Source: Chrysemys picta bellii
Taxonomy: Eukaryota
Reading direction: 5' to 3'
Assembly (NCBI RefSeq): GCF_011386835.1
Contig: NC_088801.1
Span: 14,632,001-14,696,000 of the forward strand
Length of the DNA: 64,000 bases
The notes under the pieces were generated by a model. It worked only from the letters and a program-made list of their open reading frames with translations. It searched no databases and was not told the DNA's origin. The translations under genes were made by a program, and so were the position numbers. Below, one piece after another: positions 40,001-50,298 of this stretch (position 1 is its first letter; every line of letters starts with the position of its first letter).

Positions 40001-40824
40001 TATGCAGAACATGGGGGAGTGGAAAAGAAGACTGAGTTTCTTAAACTAAAAATCTAGCACCAGGTGATGAGAACCAGGAAATGAAAAGCTACCATTCTGA
40101 CACCGAGGGAGTTTTCTAATGTAGACCAGGCCTAAGTTTCTCTCATGACATTAAAATCCAGGAACTTCACCTCAAAGCCAAGTCAAAGTTCCTCCAAACC
40201 AATAGCTTCTCATGCTGAGGTCGTTAAGGCATGTCAGTTTCTTAGCCAACAGTACACAAGCGAGTGATATGGCCAGCATCACATCAGACTGACTTTGACT
40301 GCCCTAACCCAATGAATCAGGTATCCAGTTTGCAGCGGAGTGAACTGGAAGTAGCCTTTCAGTGTGAGATCAAGTTAGACTTGAACCCGAGACAACCTTC
40401 GGGATTGCAGTCAAGCACCTTAACCAGTCAGGCACCGCACCAATAATTATGCAGCTTTCCCTGTCCTGCTCCTTACTGATTCCTGGCCTTGAAAGTCCCA
40501 TTCATTTGGAAGGAGACTCTGAATCATTTTGGATTAATTTGAAGGCTTTTTTTTTTTTATAAAGTCAATGTAGTGCTTATGAGAAGTACCAGCCTGACAG
40601 CCCTGGAAAGCAAAAACATAGAACAAAACAGGTTCAGGACAGACAATAGCAGTGCAAATTTTTCCACTACAGCCTGCCACGGTGGCTTTGGCACACGTTC
40701 AGAGATAAGAGAATAGCTAGATGGCAAGGTGAATTCAGACCTTCATTAGTCTGCCAACTAGAGCATCTGCTGCGGGTGGTGGATTTTTCAGAGAGATGCC
40801 TGTTGTCCGAAGATCACATAGGCC

Positions 40825-41823
40825 CAGGACCGGATTAATGCAGGGACTAAGGGGGGCCCTGGTGCAGCAGGGCCCAGGCAGGTTGCCTGCATGCCGTGGC
40901 CTCACACTGCTCCCGGAAGGGGCCAGCTGCTGGCATGTCCCTGCAGCCCTGGGGGAGGGGGGGAGATGGCTCTGCGTGCTGCCCATGCCCCCAGCACCAT
41001 CCCTGCAGCTCCCCTTGGTCAGTTCCGGCCAATAGGAGCTGCGGGGTGGCGCGGGCAGCACACAGAGACATGCTGTCCCCCTCACCTTTGGGGCGCGCAG
41101 AGACATGCCAGTAGCTGGCCGCTTCCGGGAGCGGCATGGGGCCATGGCATGCAGCCTGCCTGAGCCCTGCTGTACTGACGGCTGGGAGCCACCTGTGGCG
41201 AGTGCCTCCCGACTGTAGCTTGTACCTCACACCCCTTACCCCAAATCAGAATCCCCTCCTGCACCCAAATTCTCTCCCAGACCCTGCACCCCAACCCCCT
41301 GCCCCAAGTCAGAATCCCCACCTGCTCCAAACTCCCTCCCAAAGTTCACACCCCTCACCCTCTCCTGCACCCCAACCCCCTGCCCCAGCCCGGAGCCCCC
41401 TCCTGCACCAAACTCCCTCCCAGACCCTGCACCCCAACCCCCTGCCCCAGGTCAGAATCTCTACCTGCCCCAAACTCCCTCCCAGAGCCCACACTCCTCA
41501 CCCTCTCCTGCACCCCAACACTCTGCCCCAGCCCGGAGCCCCCTCCTGCACCAGACTCCCTCCCAGAAAGAAACTAATATAACAGATGTTCTAAGGTAAG
41601 AAGTAGGCTATTTTGAATTAACTTAACTATATTCTACATGTTTTAAGACTGAAATGTAACCACAGAACGGCTTTGTGTTAAATAAAAGCCGAGTTTAGTA
41701 TAGCGTTAATAACCTCGATGCCATAATTGTGGTCATTTTGTTTTAAACTAGGAAAAAGACTTGTATACAGGGTCCCCACAAAATCTAATAGCCGCAGGCC
41801 ACAGGAGAGTTAATCCGGCCCTG
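40825..41823. mobile_element. Composite non-autonomous hAT element with C-rich tandem interior (INSIG2 intron 1)
   Basis: TIRs CAGGACCGGATTAA / TTAATCCGGCCCTG; 8-bp TSD CATAGGCC / CATACGCC. Confidence 0.88.
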
Positions 41824-42054
41824 CATACGCCAAGAAGTCAGCTGTCGGGTGGCAACAACTTTTAGTGACTGGGACTGGGCCCGGTATGAAGCAGCACATT
41901 GTTATTAATCATTTAGGGCCAAATTCTGCCCTTGGACAGACGTATACAATTCCTGCTCCAGTCAACAAGGGGCTTGTGTGCCCAGAGGGCAGCATCTGAC
42001 CCGTACCCAGGGCCAGATGTGGACGTGGCCCCTTCTGACACATAATATTGGGCT

Positions 42055-42147
42055 TGCGTCTGATGAAGTGGGCATTCACCCACGAAAGCGTATGCTCCAA
42101 TACCTCTGTTAGTCTTAAAGGTGCCACAGGCCCCTCTGTTGCTTTTT
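42055..42147 (+). mobile_element. Penelope-like 93-bp fragment with a degenerate hammerhead motif, in INSIG2 intron 1
   Basis: Same sequence family as 7477. 13-bp TSD ATAATATTGGGCT / ATAATATAGGGCT (42042-42054, 42148-42160). Confidence 0.85.
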
Positions 42148-42159
42148 ATAATATAGGGC

Positions 42160-42935
42160 TGACTCCCGCCTGGGGGAGTTCACTACATAGGATCCCAAAG
42201 AGGGAACCCGGCGCCACCCCACTGAACACGGCATCTGAAGTCACTTCCTCCAGGGGAAAGGTTTTAGCAGCGAGACACCACCAGCCTAATCAGGGGTGCA
42301 ACTCGGCAGCGGCTCTGTCCCATCCCAGCTGCATCCCCCAGAAGGCACAGTCCGTATCTCCCCCCGGCTTACCGCCCTCGCCACTCCCACTGCAAGTGCC
42401 CAGCCCCAGGGCAAGTGTCGCCACAGCCCCCTTACTTACTCTGCCTCCGCCATCTTCTCCCTCCCTTGCCTCAGTCTCCGCCTCGCGCAGGCTCCACGGC
42501 GCTCAGCTGGGCTGGGGCGAACAGCTGACTCGGGGCACGAGGGATTCCGTGGGGCCCGGCCGCTGCAGACGAGCTCGGGGCAGTGGGGCTTCCGCGGGGC
42601 CAGTCAGGGCGCTTGCAAAGCACGGACCGGAACGGAGGTTCCCCTTCGCTCCTGTAGTCACGAAGCAGGAGGCGAGCAGCTGGGAAAAGGGGAGATGGGG
42701 ACGTGCCAGAAACAAGAGAGAGATTCCTGGAAAAAGTGCAAGAAGAATGTAGTCTAGTCTGTAATTTATAGAGAGGTGGGAAATGCACCCATCAAGCAAC
42801 GGCTAAGATAAAGAGATAGCGAGGAAGGAGGTAAAAGTGCAAAAGGAAACAGTAATTCGAAGAAGTAACCAGTGCTAAGAAATGGGAGGGATGCAAGCTA
42901 AAAAAGGCACAGTGGAGAAAAAACGGAAGTGTGAT
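42160..42935 (-). promoter_or_regulatory. CpG island / INSIG2 promoter
   Basis: Dense CpG and high GC at about 42160-42720. ETS-like motifs CCGGAA (about 42627) and CGGAAGT (42924-42930), YY1 motif, no TATA box. Confidence 0.75.
42436..42530 (-). other. INSIG2: Probable non-coding exon 1 of INSIG2 (5' boundary uncertain)
   Basis: Lies in the only clear CpG island upstream of the coding exons. Minus-strand GCAGA|GTAA|GTAAGG gives two donor candidates (42439, 42435). YY1-like AAGATGGCGG sits just upstream. The TSS is inferred. Confidence 0.7.
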
Positions 42936-43740
42936 AGTGCTAAAACGGGGGAAGAGGCAGGAATTATTCAAAGAAAAAGAAATGCAACATCAAAAAAGTC
43001 CTTTAAAAAGACTGAAAAAACGGGAGAGCGAAAGAAGGAAAAACTGCAATAAGAAATAATCTGTAACAATTAAAAAAATACTACAGCTCCGATCCTGCAA
43101 ACAGCTGTGCAAATGCTTAACTGTACTCCCATTGATTTATTTTAAACCTAGCCGCAGTGACTTTGGTGCAACTGGATTTAAAATAATTCAGTGTTTTACG
43201 CTTGAAAAAGAAACTTCAGTTGCAGTCTTTGAATTCTTTTTTCTCCATAATATTATTCTTTACATGTCACCTTCAACTGCATTTTTTTAGATTTTTTTTC
43301 TGTGAACTCATTAGCTCATTGACTTCAATGGGATTACTCCGGAATAACATTGAGGATATGTGTAAAGCATAGGACTGGGGCCTATGAAATGAAAAAAATG
43401 GGGGCTGGGAAGAAATACTAAAAAATAAAAAGAGAATCTGTGCAATAATGCTTAAAATGCAGAAAGAATGTGTAAAGGGGAAGAGTATTAAAATGCATTT
43501 TTAGAAGTCTATTTTTTATATTTTGTATTTTTGCAATTTAAAAGTGTATAACAAATGAATAAAAGAGCAATTAATATATAAAAAAGTAAAATTCAATGAA
43601 TGCAACTGCAGTTCTTTTTAAAATGCAAAACACTGGCCTTTGTTATGAATCCAGTTCATTACTAAAACAGGAAGTGCAAAGCTGAGTTGCTGTGTAAAAT
43701 CCTTTTGCTTTCAGTTTTGTTATTTTGACACATTAAAATA

Positions 43741-43900
43741 TCAGGCTTGGAAGGGACCTCAGGAGATCATCTAGTCCAACTGGCAGGACTAATCCTCAGA
43801 CAGATTTTTGCCCCAGATCCCTAAATAGCCCCCTCAAGGATTGAACTCTTAACCCTAGGTTTAGCAGGCTAATGCTCAAACCACTGAGCTATCCCTCCTC
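43741..43900 (-). mobile_element. Tortoise polIII-type SINE
   Basis: Reverse complement matches the SINE head at 33959 (GGAGGGATAGCTCAGTGGTTTGAGCATT). Confidence 0.88.
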
Positions 43901-45900
43901 CCCCACTATTGCTGTGCTTAATAAATATCACTAACAGAGAGATAAAGATTTACTCATTTGCAATTAATTTCAAAGAGTGCTTAAAAATTGTTGGCCTGAA
44001 TTGGGCCCTTTCTGATACGAAGATTTGTGCACTTACTTAATGTTGTTTAACAGTGTTGGTTTGCTGACTAGGGCAAAATGAACAGCGATTACTAATCCAG
44101 GAATCCCATTTTTATCACTAATTTGTAGACTTCCTTGGGGAGACGCTACAATGTGAGGCACACAACCTCTGGTAAACTAACTTGATTAACAACAAGCAGG
44201 AAGAACAATAAATAAGAACATCCTGAGGCTTGTTATTTATATTTTTATCTATGTGAGAGAAATACCATTGGGAAAGAATACTATTACTCATTCCATTATG
44301 GTGTTAGTCAATGAACTTTCTTTTTATTCTTATTTCACGTGTCTTAAATACAATATAATGGATTTAGAATACTTACAAATCAAGTCGACTATTGCAAGAA
44401 CTTTGCTATATCCACTTTACAAAATCACTTATATGATGATTGGAACGGGGGTTGTTGTTGCACATAAGAGTGCAAACCCCAATACAATTGCAAGAAGACT
44501 GATTGGTTAATATGGAATTATTTTATATTATGTATTACAGTAGCACCCAAGGCCCTAGTCACAGCCAGGGCCTCATTGTGCTGGACTATGTACAAATATA
44601 TAGTAAGAGACAGTCCTTGCCACAAAGCACTTACAATCTAATTTAAGGCAAGACACAAGAGATTGTGACAGATATATTAAGGAATGGGGGAAGGAAGAAG
44701 CCGTTAACTGCGATGGGAGTACATGATTACAGAAGTGTGCTAGGTATGCAGTTACCTACTTTCAAGTCATTCAATGTCTGTTTTTGTTATATACAATAGA
44801 GATGAACAAAAAATATTGATCTCAGTTACTCCTACAGCCAACTGCTTAGTCAGTGTGTTTTATGTGATGATATTTGACTTACAGCTTTTGGATCCCGCAA
44901 GTTTTTTTAATCAGATAAAATGACCTTTTTGGATGTAAGATAAACTTCTTAGGACAGCTGCCTCCCCAAGACAAAGCATACTTATGGCTCAGGAACTTTA
45001 TTCCAAGAGAAGGCCTGTCAGTCCACTGGGAACAACCTTATAGTAAAAGCTTTATACAAACAAAATTAATGCATTCGAGTAAGGAATAGGTTGAATGTAT
45101 GAAGACTACAATTGATTGATGGATCTTTTCCTTCCTTGTCATATATATGGCCTAGTAATGTTTTATCTATAAATAAATTAAGGTTACTTATAGTCCGGGC
45201 CACCAAGTGTTTAGTACAATAAAATTACAAGGAACTAATTTGTAAAGAAAAATTAAATTGATCACATTAGAAATATTGACTGTATGACTGGAGGATGGGG
45301 GGAATGAAAGTCTAATATGTGACAGCATGAAAATAAATCAGTGCAGCTCCAAGAACTTCAGTGGGCTATGCCAATTTGTGCCAGCTGAAGATCTACCCAC
45401 CTTTCAATGTGGCTGTCATAGAAGAGAAGAACATCAAAAAAATGAAGGGGGGGGAGAGATAGGAAGTTGTGTTTGAATTTGAGATTTCAGAAGTAAGCAA
45501 ATCAGAAAAGAGGTAGACATAAAGCCAAAATGTAGACTCTAGGGATTTCGTACTTAGGTTGACATTGACAGGAATTACAATGAAACCACACAGAAAAGGC
45601 ATCTTTTTTGGAGAGCACTAAAAGGCTCTTTCTTTACACAGACCACAGAACAAACAACAAGATTCAGAATATCCTGGATTTAGTCCTCTGAAATGAATAT
45701 TTCCCTTAGTATGATGAACAAGATAACAAAAAGTTGTTTAACATAAAGGAGCGCCCAAGATGATCACATAACTAAAAAAACAAAAAACAAACAACTAGAA
45801 TGGCTTTCCCCCCCGCACATTTGTCTCAGTGTGCATGCTACTTTTAAAAAACACTGGTATTTTGTCCCAGTTTTTATGAATTCCTGCAAATTCTGGCCAC

Positions 45901-45955
45901 CTACCTCCGGAGACCCCTACTAACAAAAACCCAAACCCTGGCTACGAGGAGCCCC
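45901..45955. repeat. Stray degenerate 1.5 units of the 36-bp minisatellite
   Basis: CCCTAC TAACAA AAA CCCAAA CCCTGG CTACGA GGA aligns in register with CCCTAC CCATAG GAA CCCTAA CCCTAG CTCCAA GTA. Confidence 0.6.
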
Positions 45956-46435
45956 CAGCCAGAACCCTCATCTCCCCCAGACTCCAATACTCTGCCCTAG
46001 CCCTGAGCCCCCTTCCACACCCCAACCCCCTCATCCCCAGCCCCTCCGCAGAGCCCGCACCCCCAACCAGAGCCCTCATCCCCCACAATCCAACCCTATT
46101 CCCCAGCCATGAGCCCCCTCCCACACCCTGAATCCAACATCCCTGGCCCCACCCCAGAGCCTTCACCCCTAGCCGGAGCCCTCATGCCTACACCTAACCC
46201 TCTGCCCCAGCCGTCAACCCACTCCCGCACCCCAAACCCTTCTGCCCCAACCCCACCCCAGAGCCTGCACCCCCAGCCAGAGCCCTCACCCCCCACAGCC
46301 CAACCCTCTGCCCCAGCCCTGAGCCCTCTCCCAAACTCCTTACCCCTCGCTCCCCTCCCCCACCACATATCACCTCCATATTGGTGTACATAACAAAATT
46401 CATTACACACATGGACGTAAATAAAGGGAACACTG
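45950..46435. mobile_element. Truncated non-autonomous hAT element (C-rich interior, one TIR)
   Basis: CCCCAGCCC/GAGCCCC-type interior ending in AAAGGGAACACTG (reverse complement CAGTGTTCCC, a hAT-type TIR). No left TIR found. Confidence 0.7.
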
Positions 46436-48639
46436 GTGGGGAGCCCCACCCATAGGAACCCTAACCCTAGGGAGGGGAGTCCTAGCCATACAAACCCTAA
46501 CCCTAGGGCAGGGAGTCCTAGCCATACAAACCCTAATCCTAGGGCGGGAAACCCTACCAATAGGGACCCTAACCCTAGCTCCAGGTACCATCCCCAAAAC
46601 AAAATTAATCCTTGCTCCAAATACCCTACCCCTAGGAACCCTAACCCTAGGACGGGGAGCCCTACTCTTAGGACCTCTAACCCTATGCCGGAGAGCCTTA
46701 CCCACAGGATCCCTAACCCTACCTCCAAGTACCTTACCCACAGGAGCCCAAACCCTACTTCCCAGAACCCTACCAATAGGAACCCTACCCCTACCTCCAA
46801 GTACCCTACCCATAGGAACCCTAACCCTAGGGTGCAGAGCCTTATCCATAGGAACCCTAACCCTAGCTCCAAGTACCCTACCCATAGGAACCCTATCCCT
46901 AGCTCCAAGAACCCTACCCATAGGAACGCTAGCCCTAGGACTGAGAGCTGTACTGATAGGAACCTTAACCCTAGCTCCAAATACCCTACCCATAGGAGCC
47001 CTAACCATAGGGCAGGGATCCCTACCCATAGGAACCATAACCCTACTTTCAAGTACCCTACCCCTAAGAACCCTAACCCTAGGGTGGGAAGCCTTACTCA
47101 TGGGAACCCTAACCCTAGGGTGGGAAGCCTTACCCAGGGGAACCCTAACTCTATGGTGGGCTTCCCTACCCATAGGAACCCTAAACCTAGCTCCAAGTAC
47201 TCTGCACATAGGAATCCTAACCCTAGGGCGGGGATTCCTACCCATATGAACCCTAACTCCAAGTATCCTACCCATAGGAACCCTAACCCTAGGACTGAGA
47301 GTCGTACCGATAGGAACCCTAACCCTAGATCCATGTACTGTACCCAGAAGAACCCTAACCATAAGGCGGGGAGCCCTATCCATGGGAACCTAACCCTAGT
47401 TCATTGTACCCTACCCAAAGGAACCCTATCCCTTGGGCGGGAATTGCTACCCATACAAACCATAACCCTAGTTCCAAGTACCCTCCCAATAGCAATGCTA
47501 ACCAATGCAGGAGCCCTCCCCTTAGCAACCTTAACCCTAGCTCCAAATACCCTAAACTTAGGAACCTTAACTCTAGGGTGCAGAGCCCTACCTATAGGTG
47601 CCCTAGCCCTAGGGCAGGGAGCCCTACCCATAGGAACTTTAACACTAGCTCCACGTATCCTACCCAGAGGAACTGTAACCTTAGGGCTGGGAACCCTATC
47701 CATAGGAATCCTACCCCAACTCCAAGTACCCTACCTATAGGAATCCTATCCCTACCTCCCAGAACCCTACCAATACGAACCCTAACCCTAGCTACATCTA
47801 CCCTACCATATGAACCTTAACCCTAGGGTGGGGATCCCTACCCATAGGAACCCTACCCCTACCTCCAAGTACCCTACCCATAGGAACCCTAACCCTAGGG
47901 TGCGGAGCCTTACCCATAGGAAACCTAAACCCAGCTCCAGAAACCCTACACATAGGAACCCTAACCCTAGCTCAAAATACCCTACCCACAGGAGCCATAA
48001 CCCTAGCTCAAAGTATACTACCCATAGGAACCCTAACCATAGGGTGGGGATCCCTACCCGTAGGAACCCTACCCCTACCTCCAAGTACCCTACCCATACA
48101 AACCCTAACCCTAGGGTGGGAAGCCTTACCCATAGGAACCCTAACCCTATGGTGGGCTGCACTACCCATAGGAACCCTATCCCTGGGGGTGAGAGCCCTG
48201 GCCATAGGAACCCTAACCCTAGCTCCTAGTACCCTACCCATAGGAACCCTAACCCTAGCTCCAAATACCCTACCAATAGGAACCCTAACCCTAACTCCAA
48301 GTACCCTACCCATAAGAACCCTAACTTTAGGGTGCAGAGCCAAACCCATTGGTGCCCTAACACTACCTATACAAACCCTAACCCTAACTCCAATTACCCT
48401 ACCCATAGGAATCCTAACTCTAGGTCAGAGAGCCCTACCCATAGGAACCCTAACACTAGCTCCAAGTACCCTACCCATAGGAACTTTAGCTCTAGGGCGG
48501 GGAGTCCTCCCCAAAGCCACACTAATCCTAGCTCCAAATACATTATTTATAGGATCCCTAACCCTAACTCCAAGTACCCTACCCATAGGAACCCTAATCC
48601 TTAGGTGCAGAGCTCTACCCATACAAACTCTAACCCTAG
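46436..48639. repeat. 36-bp telomere-like minisatellite, about 61 units
   Basis: Consensus CCCTACCCATAGGAACCCTAACCCTAG plus a 9-bp slot (CTCCAAGTA or GGYGGGRAG-like), readable throughout. Length 2204/36 = about 61 units. Confidence 0.95.
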
Positions 48640-48958
48640 TGAGGTTAGCAATTGTTCAGCTTAGCAGGTGATATTGACAACAGGCTGGCTACCAGAACAT
48701 GTGCCTTGAAAGCAGTATAAATGAAGAAGAGGAGAACAATGAATTGATGGATGAGAGAGAAGCAGACAGGAAGAGACTCAATAATCTACATTGGTCTGTA
48801 GGTCACAATGTGGCCACGTGTGACATAAATGGCCAAGTTCCTCCTGGATCTATGTGTGTGTGTGTGTATATTGGGTAAGAAGAGAACGCTCCTTTGCTTC
48901 TGCTCAGCGCAGTGCTGTTGGGGGAGCAGGAATTGCTTCCTGCTAATGCTCCCATGTG

Positions 48959-49318
48959 CAGGGCCGGTGCTACCATTAAGGCAAACTAGGCGGTTGCCTA
49001 GGGTGCCAAGATTTGGAGGCGCCAAAAAGCGGTGCCCCCAATTTTTTTTTACAGCGTTCCTACGCCCCCTCACTGAGCGCACGGTCGCAACTCCACTTCT
49101 CCCACCTCCCAGGCTTGCAGCGCCAATCAGCTGTTTGGCGCCGCAAGCCTGGGAGGGGAGGAGAATTAGAGCGGGGGTGGCGCCTCAGGGCAGGGGGAGG
49201 AGCAGCCGCGGGGGGGCGCCTCAGGGCGGAAGGGGGGCAGGGAGCTGCCGCAGGGCTGGGGGGGGGGCGCAAGGTGGAAGTTTCGCCTAGGGCGCGAAAC
49301 TTCCTTGCACCGACCCTG
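48959..49318. mobile_element. Young GC-rich hAT MITE
   Basis: TIRs CAGGGCCGGTGC / GCACCGACCCTG; perfect TSD CCCATGTG (48951-48958, 49319-49326). Confidence 0.92.
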
Positions 49319-50102
49319 CCCATGTGTTAACTGAATGGGGGGCATAATGAAGCTAGGGCTATATTACTGCCACCTTTCTACACCAGTTAGTGTGTGAGTT
49401 GGTGGGGAGGAGTGCACAGTGCATGAAGTGTAAGAGTGCAGAGATGCCAGGCAGCAGAATGTACTGCTCTAGAGAAATTCTTTCAGAGACCCTATTCTCC
49501 CTAGGGTCTCCCTCTCTATTGCAGCTCTGATGTATCCCCTCCAGCCTGCCTCCGGCTGTCAAATCCAGAATCAAGTTCAAAGGGTTTGGTAATCAAACTC
49601 TTGGTGAGGCAAAACAGCTCCTGAGGTACCAGGCGGAGAATTCAGGAGGTTGAGCCTGAATGGCAAAGAAAGACATTGGGAAAGAAATGAAATGAGCTGA
49701 ATTTAAACAAGATTATAGCAAACAACTAAATCAAAATTCAGAGGCAGTCATTTAAAAGAGTCAGGGGAACTGCTGAGGGAGAAGCTTACAAAAATCCAAA
49801 GGCAAAGCAAATTTAAAGAAACAGACATCAGGGGTGATACATATGTGTGGCTGTCATCATGGCCCACACTGGGGATTGGAGCATGGACATCTAGGAGTAA
49901 GAGTGTAGGTTGCTATAGCTTGGGGCTGTGATAGGCTCACATCCTCTGTGGATTAGGCAAAGAGGGGAAACACTCCCTTTGACTAGTGGAGACGATACTC
50001 AGAAGAAAACCCCTCCTACTGTTGCCTGTATTTTTCAGAGGGCTACAGATATCCAGACAGAGGACTCTGTAAACTGCTTCTTCTCAGGTTTGAGGACAAA
50101 TT

Positions 50103-50190
50103 TGTGGATACACACGTTCGACTTTGTAATATCGGTTCCACAAATTCGCTTTAAGTAAAATCAAACTACTCTCGTAGTGTAGACATACCC
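50103..50190 (-). mobile_element. Inverted copy of the Harbinger left terminus with intact TIR
   Basis: Ends TAGTGTAGACATACCC. 50103-50170 is the reverse complement of about 50195-50262 with 2-3 mismatches. Confidence 0.9.
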
Positions 50191-50298
50191 TTAGGGTAGT
50201 TCAATTTTACTTAAAGCGAATTTGTGGAACTGATATTACAAAGTCGAACGTGTGTATCCACACTAAGGACAGTAATTCGACTTTGTGAGTCCACACTG

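Noticed and set aside
40735-41582. Several Pro/Gly-rich ORFs
   Set aside because: They lie within the GC-rich tandem interior of a TIR/TSD-bounded hAT element.
42048-42752. 234-aa plus-strand ORF across the promoter
   Set aside because: Starts at TTG inside a Penelope fragment; low-complexity Pro/Ser/Ala content is expected from GC-rich DNA; no recognisable domain.
46436-48639. CRISPR-like repeat/spacer appearance
   Set aside because: Eukaryotic context, 9-bp slots that recur rather than unique spacers, degenerate repeats, and no cas genes.
46096-48671. Long ORFs on both strands over the array (434 aa +, 318 and 326 aa -, NPNPSSKYPTHR repeats)
   Set aside because: The 36-bp unit is a multiple of 3 and is stop-free in several frames on both strands. 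The NPNP reading changes frame several times (about 47390, 47810, 48190). There are no credible splice signals and no recognisable homology. Ribo-seq or peptide evidence would be needed.
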